Shown: positions 1 through 8,539 of the stretch, piece after piece
Position numbering within the stretch: the first letter of the stretch is position 1
How the letters are laid out: each line of letters opens with the position of its first letter
Source: an uncultured delta proteobacterium
GTDB lineage: Bacteria > Desulfobacterota > BSN033 > UBA1163
Length of the DNA stretch: 17,824 nt
Reading direction: 5' to 3'
Assembly (NCBI GenBank): GCA_963708295.1
Contig: CAVPSJ010000009.1
Location: 1 to 17,824 of the forward strand
Notes under the pieces: generated by a model
Database searches by the model: none
The model's input: the letters and a program-made list of their open reading frames with translations, nothing else
What the model was told of the DNA's origin: nothing
Program-made: the position numbers and the translations under genes

Positions 1-112
1 CTTTCTTCAAATTCACAATCTCGAGGAAAATTCAATATCTTGAAATATAGATTCTGATTAATAGCTTAGAAGTGTAACTTTGACCGTAAAAATATTCTTC
101 TATCGGTTCGAG

Positions 113-141
113 TTGACATCTCCTCCCCATGTAATTATAAT
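113..141 (+). promoter_or_regulatory. sigma70 promoter of the toxin-antitoxin operon
   Basis: TTGACA (113-118), 17-bp spacer, TATAAT (136-141): exact consensus. Followed by RBS GAGAGGA and ATG at 166. Confidence 0.9.
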
Positions 142-152
142 GTAATTACATT
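129..152. promoter_or_regulatory. Palindromic operator, probable TA autorepression site
   Basis: Perfect 14-bp palindrome AATGTAATTACATT (139-152) plus an overlapping imperfect copy ATGTAATTATAAT (129-141) covering the -10 box and likely start site. Confidence 0.75.
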
Positions 153-165
153 GAATTGAGAGGAA

Positions 166-420
166 ATGGCCCATAAATCCCATTTACAAGTAGTATTGGT
201 AATTCCTCACGTGATCTGCGACTCCCTAAAACAATAATCACGCAAGCTGGCTTGACCGAAGAAGTGGAGTTGGAGTTCGAGATCGAGCCGTTGTGATCGC
301 CCGAGCCACTTCCGCCCGTGCACGATGGGCAGCCGCAGCCAGTCAAATGCGTCAGCGTAATGACGATCGATTACTTGATCTGTTCCCACCCTCTTTGACG
401 AACGGGAGTGGGAGTGGTAA
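166..420 (+). CDS. mazE: AbrB/MazE/SpoVT-family antitoxin (frameshifted in this sequence)
   Basis: Manual translation across frames: SIGNS..LRLPKTIITQAGLTEEVELEF...VVIARATSARARWAAAASQMRQRNDDRLLD...FDEREWEW*. The IGNS/xLPK AbrB motif and EWEW tail are typical. Stop TAA overlaps the toxin ATG (TAATG, 418-422). Confidence 0.85.
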
Positions 421-748
421 TGACTGAGGATGTTCGACGCGGTGATGTATTTTTGGTGAGTCTGGATCCAGCCGAGGGAAAGAGATGCAGAAAAATCGTC
501 CCTGTGTAGTTGTCTCCCCGGAGGAGCTTAACGCTCTATTCTCGTACTTTTATTGTGGCCCCTCTCAGAATTGGAGGCCATCCTTATCCGTTCCGTGTCT
601 CGTGCGGGTTTGAAGGCCGGCGGGCTATGTTGTGATTGACCAGATTCGCACTGTTGATCGGGAGCGCCTGGTGCGTCGGCTCGGAAAGCTGTTATCATCC
701 ACGCTGGGGCGTGTTCTTGCGATATTGCAGGAGATGTTCGCACTCTGA
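420..748 (+). CDS. mazF: PemK/MazF-family mRNA interferase toxin (frameshifted in this sequence)
   Basis: Manual translation: MTEDVRRGDVFLVSLDP..G.EMQKNRPCVVVSPEELN...TFIVAPL..GGHPYPFRVSCGFEG..GYVVIDQIRTVDRERLVRRLGKL...LAILQEMFAL*. Contains the RGD.FLV.LDP, RPCVVVS and DQIRTVD motifs. Confidence 0.92.
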
Positions 749-963
749 TTACGCGTCAATAACCAAATCAACCTGACGCGGAATAGGTTGGGGTGAGTGG
801 AGGGGCCCGGACCAAATCAAGTATTTGATAATTATAGGTGAAACTAAAAGAAATGACGCTGATTTACAACTTAGGGCCCCAATTTTGACAGGTGAAAAAT
901 CCCTTCCAATTTCTTGCCCTGATTTCGTTCGGAAGTTAAGTCATACTTCCCCAGATTTTCTCC

Positions 964-992
964 TTGACTCCCCCTGCAAATTCCCCTAAATT
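964..992 (+). promoter_or_regulatory. Putative sigma70 promoter upstream of the small membrane-protein gene
   Basis: TTGACT (964-969), 17 bp, TAAATT (987-992). Confidence 0.5.
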
Positions 993-1039
993 TTACTAGA
1001 AATGGTCAGTGAATATATAAAATAAGGTTAGGTGATTAT

Positions 1040-1390
1040 ATGCCTATCGATGATGTGAAGTCTTATGTAACGAGTGCAATTTCTTATTGGGAAATACGTC
1101 GGATTATTTATAACGCTGTTCTTGGCGGTATTGTCATCGGGTACTTTGTCGCCAATCTCCCAACTTTGTTACAACTTATTACCCGTACGCGATCTTTGCG
1201 CTATTCATCCTGGCCGTTCTCGCCAATATCGCCTATTGTGCCGCCAACCTGGCCGACATTGTTGCGCAGATGTCGGCATTCCGAGATGTGTGGCTGCGTC
1301 TTAGATCGGTCCTGTTCTTGATTGGACTGGCCTTTGGTTCAATCCTTACGCGCTGGTTTACCATGGGCTTCTTTTCCAGAGTGAGACTAA
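1040..1390 (+). CDS. Hypothetical small membrane protein (about 3 TM; one frameshift; 3' end uncertain, up to 1458)
   Basis: ORF 1040..1321 (AISYWEIRRIIYNAVLGGIVIGYF) joins the frame of 1270..1458 (LFILAVLANIAYCA..ADIVAQMSAFRDVWLRLRSVLFLIGLAFGSILTRWF), giving one coherent hydrophobic protein. Confidence 0.7.
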
Positions 1391-1685
1391 ATTGTGGAAG
1401 CCAATTCGTATATGTAAGGTTATCAAGGGGCGCGGGAAAAAACTGCCTTCCCCGTTAGCCTCGGCGTCGAAGCTGGAACAGAAGCCAATTCCGCGCGAAA
1501 TCGTTGAGTCGGAAGAAAGTGCGACCTCTCGTGGGCGAAAATTATGAACCGGACATAGGTAATCATTCGCGGTGAAATGATGGGAACGGCCCCGGGCAGA
1601 AACAACGGTGGAAGGGTTGTTGGGTGTCAAGGGAATCTAGGCGTGAGTGAGGGAACCAGATAGGCATGGAATGGAGGTGATTTCA

Positions 1686-2473
1686 TTGAGGATGAAAGAT
1701 AAACGTAGCTATTGTGACCGGCGGCGGGAAGGGGATTGGCAGGGCTATTTCCCTTGCGTTTGCTGCAGAAGGAGCAATTGTCGTAATGGCTGCACGTGAC
1801 CTCTCCAGTATGAAAGATACTGTCAAAAGAAATAGAGTCTATTGGAGGCAGGGCGGATGCTGTCATGACCGATGTTCGCTACGAAGACCAGATAAGAAAC
1901 ATGGTAGCTCATGTTCTAAGCAAATTCAGCCGGATAGATGTGCTGGTAAATAACAGCGGCATCACCGGCCCCACGATCAACCTGGCAGATATAGACCTTA
2001 AGGATTGGAACGATGTTATGGCTACTAATCTCACCGGGCCCATGCTTTGTGCCCGGGAAGTGATTAAGCCTATGATGGCTGCCCGGAAAGGGAGTATTAT
2101 CAATATTAGTTCAGAGGGGGGGAGATCGGGCTATCCGATGAGAGGACCGTACTGCAGTATCCAAGCGGGGAGTCATTGCGCTGACCGAGACACTGGCTAT
2201 AGAGGCTGGGGAATATAATGTCCGCGTGAACTGCATCAGCCCGGGAAGGGTAAGGGGAGAACGTGTCGAGAATGTTGCCAGGGCTAAAGCTGAATCGTCG
2301 GGTCTTGCTTTTGATGACGTGATGGCAGGCATGAGTCACGGATTGTTCTCTGAAGAGGTTAGTCGAAGCGTCCGAGGTGGCGGCTGCAGCTGTATTTCTG
2401 GCATCCGATGAATCCAGTGCCATCACCGGGCATACATTGGTCGTCAGTTGCGGCAAACATATCCTTGCATTAG
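1686..2473 (+). CDS. SDR-family NAD(P)-dependent oxidoreductase (FabG-like; frameshifted; stop at 2473 or 2487)
   Basis: RBS GGAGGTGA then TTG at 1686. Motifs VAIVTGGGKGIG, IDVLVNNSGITGP, SIINISS, catalytic YCSxK, VRVNCISPG and FLASDESSAITGHTLVV spread over ORFs 1714, 1865 and 2226. Confidence 0.9.
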
Positions 2474-2718
2474 GCCGAAATCCCTGACTCAGAAAGCGCC
2501 GTCAAGAACGTCCTGCCAAAAGTTTTGTGCAAGTGTTTTATGTCAAGGCAATTAGGTATGGAGATTGTTTCATGATGGGTCATCAGGCCCTAATCAGTGA
2601 GAAGGGTGGCGGGTCGGACCAAAGTAAGCATCTGACGACTTTAGTGCTAAATTTGAAAATTTGTGCAGAGAATGCTTGGAGTTGACGATGAGAGGGAGTA
2701 AATCCGTGTCATCAGGAG

Positions 2719-4026
2719 GTGCTGAAATCCAAAAGAATCGCAAATCTGTTGTGGAACCAAAAGAGGAAAGTTCCCATTGTGGAAGACGTTGACGTTCTCG
2801 TGGTAGGAGGAGGGATGGCAGGTGTAGGCGCAGCCGTCGCCGCCGGAAGGATGGGCTTAAAAACACTTCTCGTGGAGTACTTTGGCTGTCTGGGCGGAAA
2901 TGGAACTTCGGGATGGTAAATAATTTCTGCGGCTATACGACCAGCGGGCCCAATAAGGTCCAAATCGTACAGGGGATCGGCGGAGAGATCCATAAGAAGT
3001 TGTTCCAAAGAAATGGGGTCAGCTCGATGACCAGTTACACCTTCAATCCGGAAATTCTGAAGATGGTGTTGGATGAAGAGATGGCCGAAGCAAACGTCAA
3101 GCTTCTGTACTATACGCAAGTCGTTGATTCGATCGTAGAAAAGAACGTCATCAAGGGAGTCTTCATTGAGAATAAGGGAGGGCGTCAGGCCATCCTGGCA
3201 AAGAAGGGTCCTGGATTGCAGCGGGGACGGTGACGTATGTGCTTCAGCTGGCGTGCCCTTTGAGCTGGGGGATGGAAAGGGCGGATTTCTGGCCTGCGAT
3301 ATGGTTTTCCACGTCGTCAATGTTGGCCCAAATTTCAACCCGAGCACGGTCAACCCCGCAGCAGCCGAGGCCATGAAGTCGGGGGAATACAAGATCACCA
3401 GGCCGCAGGCCATTATCCAGAACATCATGATCCCCGGGGCATTTTGGGTCAATTGGGCTGGAGTTCCCAGGGCAGTGAATGGCATCGATCGATACGGATC
3501 TCTCTTACTCAAGCTTCCATTGAGGGGAGAAAGGTTGTCCGTGAATTAAGGAGGTTTCTCAGAGAGAAGATAGCAGGCATGGAAAACGCGGAGGTTATTG
3601 ATACTGCGCCGAAAATGAGGTTTGAGAGAGACCCGAAGGGTGATGGGGGGACATCTGTTGACGGGTGAAGAGGTTTTAGCGGGGACAAAGTTCAAAGATG
3701 GGATTCGGAGCCTGTGCCTGGCCGATTGAGATCGTTGACCCCGCGAAGGGGAAGAAAGTTTGTTTTTTGAAGGATGGCGATTTCTACACGATCCCGTATC
3801 GATGTTTAGTTCCAAAGAAGGTAGAAAATCTATTGATGGCCGGAAGATTCGTTAGTTGTAATCATGAGGCACAGGCGTCGGCTCGAGTCATGGGGCCGGC
3901 GGTCGTCATGGGGCAGGCGATCGGCACCGCTGCTGCGCTTTCCATTAGAAAGGGAGTGTCGCCGAGAGACCTGGATGTCAGTCTTTTGCAACAGGAATTG
4001 GTAAAGGCCGGAGTTTTCTGGGATGA
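2719..4026 (+). CDS. FAD-dependent oxidoreductase (FAD_oxidored family; frameshifted)
   Basis: DVLVVGGGMAGVGAAVAAGRMG Rossmann motif, LGGNGTSG, VLDCSGDGDV, YTIPYRCLVPKKVENLLMAGRFVS, ARVMGPAVVMGQAIGTAAAL across ORFs 2719/2913/3166/3444/3698. Likely true stop TGA at 4024-4026. Confidence 0.9.
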
Positions 4027-4084
4027 CGAAGCCGGTCTGCCAGAATGGAGAATCTCGCGGTTTATTCTTGAAAGGAGGAAGATC

Positions 4085-5053
4085 ATGAGACGGTTTGTTT
4101 TTGTCGTTGGTTTATCCTTGGTTTGTTTTGGATGGAGTGCAACACTCCCACCTGTTCAGGCGCAATCTTACCCCAATCGTCCAATTCAGCTGGTCATCCC
4201 AGGCGCCGCCGGTCTCATGCAGGATATCCCGGCAGGCTCCTCTCTGAGGAGGTGGGAAAGCTTATTAAACAGCAGATTGTCGTGCTGAACAAACCGGGTG
4301 CCTCGATGACCCTGGGCACGGACGCTGTGGCGAAGAGTAGAAAGGATGGCTTACACATTGCTTTTCACTGCCACGGCCCCTCTTGTCTATCCGCGCGTTT
4401 TTGCATCCCAAGTCCGTTCCTTACGATCCGGACAAGGAGCTGGAACCTCTGGGCGGGCGTGCCTGATTTCCTTTACGGTGACCGTTCAGGAAAGTTCCCC
4501 CTGGAAAACGTTTGGTGAATTAATCGACTATGCCAAGAAGAATCCCGAGAAACTTCGCGTAGGCACTCCGGGCGTTGAGACGGCTGCGAACTTCGACCTT
4601 CAAATCATTCAGAACTTAACGGATACCCGGTTCATTCACATCCCCATCACCAAAGGCCCTGCCGTATCTTTGCTCGGGGGACACATTGAAGTCGTGGTGC
4701 TCCCCATTACGGAGGTCATTTCCTATGCCGAGGCTAAGAAGTTGAGGATCCTTTTGGTCAGCAACAAAATGCCGGAGATCCCCAATGTTCCCACACCCAG
4801 GGAATTGGGCTACAAACAGGACCTCCTCCCAACCTGGTTCGGATTTTATGGGCCATCCGGAATGCCGGAGGAGGTGAAGAAAGTCTTAGTGCCGACTATT
4901 GAGCAAGTGATAAAGAATCCCGAGATGAAAGCCAAACTCGAAAGGATGCATTTCGTCGTTGACTATAAGTCTCCTGCAGAGATGAAGAAATTGGTCACGG
5001 AAGAATATGAAACCGTCAACGGCATGGCCAAGACATTAGGCTTGGGCAAGTGA
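4085..5053 (+). CDS. tctC: Tripartite tricarboxylate transporter substrate-binding protein (TctC/Bug family; frameshifted in 5' part)
   Basis: RBS AGGAGG, signal peptide MRRFVFVVGLSLVCFGW...VQA, then QSYPNRPIQLVIP, VVLNKPGA, DGYTLL, ELIDYAKKNP, SLLGGHIE, PNVPT..ELGY, WFGFYGPSGMP. Confidence 0.9.
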
Positions 5054-5173
5054 TTTTGATTTCATGAGGAGGGGCATGATACAAGCATTTCTATCTCTCC
5101 TCCTATGATTTCAAAAAGTACTGGAGATAAATCACGGGGGGAGAGACTTTATTTTCGTTGCGGCTGTCTGAAG

Positions 5174-5401
5174 ATGAAGACAAGCAGATTTGACAAGGTT
5201 CTTTCTCGGGTCGCGATCCTGGCGGTTGGAGGCTGTATCGTGTCCGTCTTTCGAATCGCCTTACACTATTGTTTCCAGATTGTGCATTCGCCTGAGCAGG
5301 AAGAACATTGGAACCGCGTATTCCCCACTTTCGCTTCAGTATTTTTATTTTCATTGTTCCTCGCATTGGGATGCCTCATGGTGCACCGCATACATAAGTA
5401 A
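5174..5401 (+). CDS. Hypothetical small two-TM membrane protein (start could be 5105)
   Basis: ORF with two hydrophobic stretches (VAILAVGGCIVSVFRIAL; FASVFLFSLFLALGCLMV). No recognisable family and a weak RBS. Confidence 0.4.
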   Translation: MKTSRFDKVLSRVAILAVGGCIVSVFRIALHYCFQIVHSPEQEEHWNRVFPTFASVFLFSLFLALGCLMVHRIHK

Positions 5402-5479
5402 TCATCGGCAGTTTCATTGTCTAGGATAAAATCTGACGAAATGGTTTTGAAGTTTCCCATCACCCTATCGGCTCGATTG

Positions 5480-5574
5480 TGTCGTTCCCCGTGAGGACAG
5501 GAATCGAGAACTTACGAAAACAATCTGGATTCCTGCTGGAGTTTATCCCGGTGAACATCGGGGCAGGAAAGACA
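5480..5574. repeat. REP/MITE-like palindromic element with a nested hairpin
   Basis: TGTCGTTCCCCGTGAGGACAGGAATCGAG ... CTGGATTCCTGC[TGGAGTTTATCCCGGTGAACATCGGG]GCAGGAAAGACA. Imperfect inverted arms of the GTCATTCCCGC..GCGGGAATCCAG type. Confidence 0.75.
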
Positions 5575-5640
5575 ATCGATACATACCAGCTTTAGGGCGG
5601 TTTTCAAATAGCTAAGTCTGTTTGGGGCTCAAAGTTTTAT

Positions 5641-5669
5641 TTGGCAAATCGGTTGATCCATAATATACT
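5641..5669 (+). promoter_or_regulatory. Putative sigma70 promoter of the ABC operon
   Basis: TTGGCA (5641-5646), 17 bp, TATACT (5664-5669). Confidence 0.6.
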
Positions 5670-5685
5670 CTTCTCTATTGTGGGG

Positions 5686-5746
5686 TTCAGAATCCGGAAT
5701 TCGGATGAAGTGTCTCTCTTTTTAATTCCGCACTCCGCAATCTAAA
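5686..5746. repeat. Short inverted heptamer arrays (TCCGGAA-type / TTCCGCA-type)
   Basis: TTCAGAA TCCGGAA TTCGGAT, spacer, TTCCGCA CTCCGCA ATCTAAA, ending at the ABC start codon. Confidence 0.55.
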
Positions 5747-6720
5747 TGACAATGGCCTACGCAATCAACGCAAAAGGAATATTTAAGACCTTCCATTCGG
5801 GTTGGTGGAAGAAGCGGCATAAGGAAGCCCTGAAGGGGGTCGACCTCCAGATCGAGGAGCGGGAAATCTTCGGCATATTGGGGCCCAACGGCGCCGGGAA
5901 GACGACGCTTTTATCGATTTTCTGCACCTTACTGCTTCCAGATCGGGGCGATGTTCGCATTTTGGGCATGAATGGTCTCTCTGACGGACATCAAATCAGG
6001 AAACGAGTGAACTTCGTGAGCGGAAATGCCAACTTTCTCTGGAGCCTGACCGTAAAGGAGAATCTTCACTACTATGGCATGCTTTACGGGTTGGCGAGAA
6101 AAGAGCGAGAGAAAAAGGTTGAAACATTGATCGATATTTTCAACCTGGCAGAGCACAGAAATATTCCTTTTGACGAGCTTTCAACCGGGACGAAGCAGCG
6201 ACTCACCCTTGCAAAATCCCTTATTAACGACCCCGATGTTCTCTTTTTGGATGAACCCACCGTCGGACTCGATCCGGACATTTCGATTCGGATTCGGGAG
6301 GAGATTCTCTCGATTCATAAAGAAAGGGGTATGACTGTCCTCGTCACCACGCATAATATGAAGGAGGCGGAATATCTTTGCGGTCGCATCGCTTTCTTGA
6401 AAGAGGGAAAGATCCTTACTACCGGAACAGCAGATGCCTTGAAACGAATGGTTCGAATCGGGGATCGGATAAAGATCGAATTTAGGGGGAGGATCCAGGA
6501 AGACGAATTGCTCCGCGCCGAAGGTGTGATCAATTTTACGGTTTCCGATAGCTTATGTGAAATCGTGGTGGATGACGGAGAGAGAAGGTTAGGGAGCTTA
6601 ATCGCCTTGCTTTCGCAGGGCGACGTTCAGATCAAAAGGGTCACGCTAGGGCAGACCGATCTGGAAGATGTGTTCGTCGAATTTGCAAAGAAAGAGCAGA
6701 GTTCTGATTTCGAGAGATGA
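5746..6720 (+). CDS. ABC transporter ATP-binding protein (DrrA/NodI-like exporter)
   Basis: Intact 324-aa ORF. Walker A GPNGAGKT, signature LSTGTKQR, Walker B LFLDEPT, H-loop TTHNM, C-terminal DLEDVF. Confidence 0.95.
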   Translation: MTMAYAINAKGIFKTFHSGWWKKRHKEALKGVDLQIEEREIFGILGPNGAGKTTLLSIFCTLLLPDRGDVRILGMNGLSDGHQIRKRVNFVSGNANFLWSLTVKENLHYYGMLYGLARKEREKKVETLIDIFNLAEHRNIPFDELSTGTKQRLTLAKSLINDPDVLFLDEPTVGLDPDISIRIREEILSIHKERGMTVLVTTHNMKEAEYLCGRIAFLKEGKILTTGTADALKRMVRIGDRIKIEFRGRIQEDELLRAEGVINFTVSDSLCEIVVDDGERRLGSLIALLSQGDVQIKRVTLGQTDLEDVFVEFAKKEQSSDFER

Positions 6721-6765
6721 TAAGACTGACTCATCGGGCCATCATTGAGAAAAAATAAGTTGCGA

Positions 6766-6892
6766 AAATCTCCCCATACCCCTCTCCTTCGATAAGCTCA
6801 GGATGGTGAGCAAGTCGAACCATTTGCTAAAGAGGGGTAAATTCCATCCTTGGTAAGCTTGCCCGCCGGTAAGCAGGGAGGGGAAGAGGGAT
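6766..6892. repeat. Composite palindromic element with two nested short insertions
   Basis: Outer AAATCTCCCC..CCCCTCT|TTGCTAAAGAGGGG..TTCCATCCTT..GGAGGGGAAGAGGGAT, interrupted by CCTTCGATAAGCTCAGGATGGTGAGCAAGTCGAACC (from 6786) and CTTGCCCGCCGGTAAGCAGG (6858-6877). Confidence 0.75.
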
Positions 6893-6903
6893 CGTGGTGG
6901 ATT

Positions 6904-8454
6904 ATGAACGGGGCTGAACTGCTTATAAAGACTGCGATCGGGGCAGGGGTGAAGGTCTGTTTTGCTAATCCGGGGACGACAGAACTACCCATCGTTACAG
7001 CGCTTGACAGAGTGCCGGGGATCAGAGCCTATCTAGGCCTCTTCGAGGGTGTTTGTACCGGCGCTGCCGACGGATACGGGCGGATGCTGGATAAGCCAGC
7101 GATGGTGCTGCTTCACCTGGGGCCCGGTTTTGCCAATGGGATAGCGAATCTGCACAACGCACGGCGTGCCAAATCGCCGGTGCTGAACGTCGTCGGCGAA
7201 CATGCGACCTGGCACCGGGATGCGGACCCGCCGCTCGCCATGGATATTGAAAGCCTTGCCAGGACGGTCTCAGGATGGTGGCGAACGAGCAAATCAGCTC
7301 AGAACATTCCGTCGGACATCGCGCACGCTGTGACTGCGACTCGGCTGGGTCAGGTTGCAACCCTGATCGTACCCCATGATTTTCAACTGGCTGAATCCGA
7401 TGGGTACAAGGTGATGGAGCTTGGAAGACCATTTGACCCCCTTGAAACCAATTCTCTAGAAGCAATAGCCTCTCGGTTGAAAACCTTTCGTAAGGTGGCG
7501 GTGATGCTTGGCGGAAGGGGATTGCGAGAGCGTGGCCTGAAAGCAGCCGCCCGCATCCGGAAGAGAATAGGATGCGATCTTCTAGCCCCGACCCTTCCTG
7601 GATATATGGAACGTGGTCCAGGACTGCCCATTGTCGAGCGCATTCCATATTTTCCGGAGCGGGCAGTTGACATGGTTTCGCGTTATGAGATAGTCCTCTT
7701 TGCCGGGGCCTCGGAGCCCGTGACCTTCTTCGGGTACCCTGGTGTCAGGAGCCGAATCTTATCCGATGACCAGGAGAGAATTAATCTATGTACAGACAAG
7801 CAGAATGTCGTGGAGGCGCTCGAGTCCCTGGCGGATGTTCTGAATGCGCCTTCGGATTTGACCGTTGAGGGTAATCTCACAAAGCCGAAGCGGCCGGGAA
7901 TACCGGAGGGAGAGCTTACAGCCGAAAAGGTCTGCCTCACCCTGGCAGCAATGCAGCCGGAGAATGCCATCATTGTCGACGAAGCCGTGACGACAGGATT
8001 GTCTTATTTCCTTCTCCCAACCGCGCTCCCGGCCCATAGCGTCGTGAATGTCTCGGGTGGCTCCATCGGGCAAGGCATGCCCTGTGCCACCGGTGCTGCA
8101 ATCGCCTGTCCCGATCGGCCGGTGATTGACCTGCAGGCGGATGGGAGTGCCCTGTACACCGTTCAGGCCCTGTGGACACAAGCTCGTGAGGCCTTGAACG
8201 TTACCACCCTGATCTGCTCGAACCGGAGTTACCGCATATTGCAGATGGAGCTATCCCGTTCCGGTATCGAGCCCTATGGTCCCAATACCCGGGTACTGAC
8301 AGAGCTGACAAACCCCCCGATCGATTGGGTGAGAATCGCTCAGGGGTTTGGAGTCCCGGGGGTTACTGTTAGCACCGCCAAAGACCTTGCGCGGGAGCTG
8401 GGTAGAGCCCTTTCTGAGCCGGGCCCCCATCTGATCGAGATGTTATTGCCATGA
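6904..8454 (+). CDS. Thiamine-diphosphate-dependent enzyme, acetolactate synthase large subunit-like
   Basis: Likely start MNGAELLIKTA at 6904. CFANPGTTE, LFEGVCTGAADGYGRM, LLHLGPGFANG, GGSIGQGMPCATGAAIACPDR and ThDP motif ADGSALYTVQALWTQARE...NRSY. Confidence 0.92.
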   Translation: MNGAELLIKTAIGAGVKVCFANPGTTELPIVTALDRVPGIRAYLGLFEGVCTGAADGYGRMLDKPAMVLLHLGPGFANGIANLHNARRAKSPVLNVVGEHATWHRDADPPLAMDIESLARTVSGWWRTSKSAQNIPSDIAHAVTATRLGQVATLIVPHDFQLAESDGYKVMELGRPFDPLETNSLEAIASRLKTFRKVAVMLGGRGLRERGLKAAARIRKRIGCDLLAPTLPGYMERGPGLPIVERIPYFPERAVDMVSRYEIVLFAGASEPVTFFGYPGVRSRILSDDQERINLCTDKQNVVEALESLADVLNAPSDLTVEGNLTKPKRPGIPEGELTAEKVCLTLAAMQPENAIIVDEAVTTGLSYFLLPTALPAHSVVNVSGGSIGQGMPCATGAAIACPDRPVIDLQADGSALYTVQALWTQAREALNVTTLICSNRSYRILQMELSRSGIEPYGPNTRVLTELTNPPIDWVRIAQGFGVPGVTVSTAKDLARELGRALSEPGPHLIEMLLP

Positions 8455-8539
8455 TGAGAGATTTTGGCGGGATCAGGCTACCCAGCTTTAGAATGCGGTC
8501 ATTTATGGGCAATGACACAGCTTCCTTGGGAGGGAAGGG

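Noticed and set aside
1403-1430. dif-like site AATTCGTATAT-GTAAGG-TTATCAAGGGG
   Set aside because: The XerD-like arm matches only in TTAT; too degenerate to call.
2553-2570. sigma54-like motif AGGTATGGAGATTGT upstream of the FAD gene
   Set aside because: Lacks the invariant GC at -12 and the T of TGG.
2712-3512. 266-aa minus-strand ORF
   Set aside because: Antisense shadow of the FAD oxidoreductase; no recognisable motifs.
4027-4288. Apparent fusion of the FAD oxidoreductase to the TctC signal peptide (ORF 3698..4288)
   Set aside because: Best explained by a one-base indel near 4015-4020 that bypasses TGA 4024-4026; tctC has its own RBS and ATG at 4085.
6850-6903. N-terminal extension of the ThDP enzyme from 6850
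   Set aside because: It is translated repeat sequence; the family-typical start MNGAE is at 6904.
7022-7648. 208-aa minus-strand ORF and other ORFs overlapping the ThDP gene
   Set aside because: Antisense to a well-supported gene; atypical composition.
5584-8499. Direct repeat CCAGCTTTAG at 5586-5595 and 8482-8491 flanking the ATPase and ThDP genes
   Set aside because: A 10-bp exact match is expected by chance in a window this long, and it does not delimit the putative insertion.
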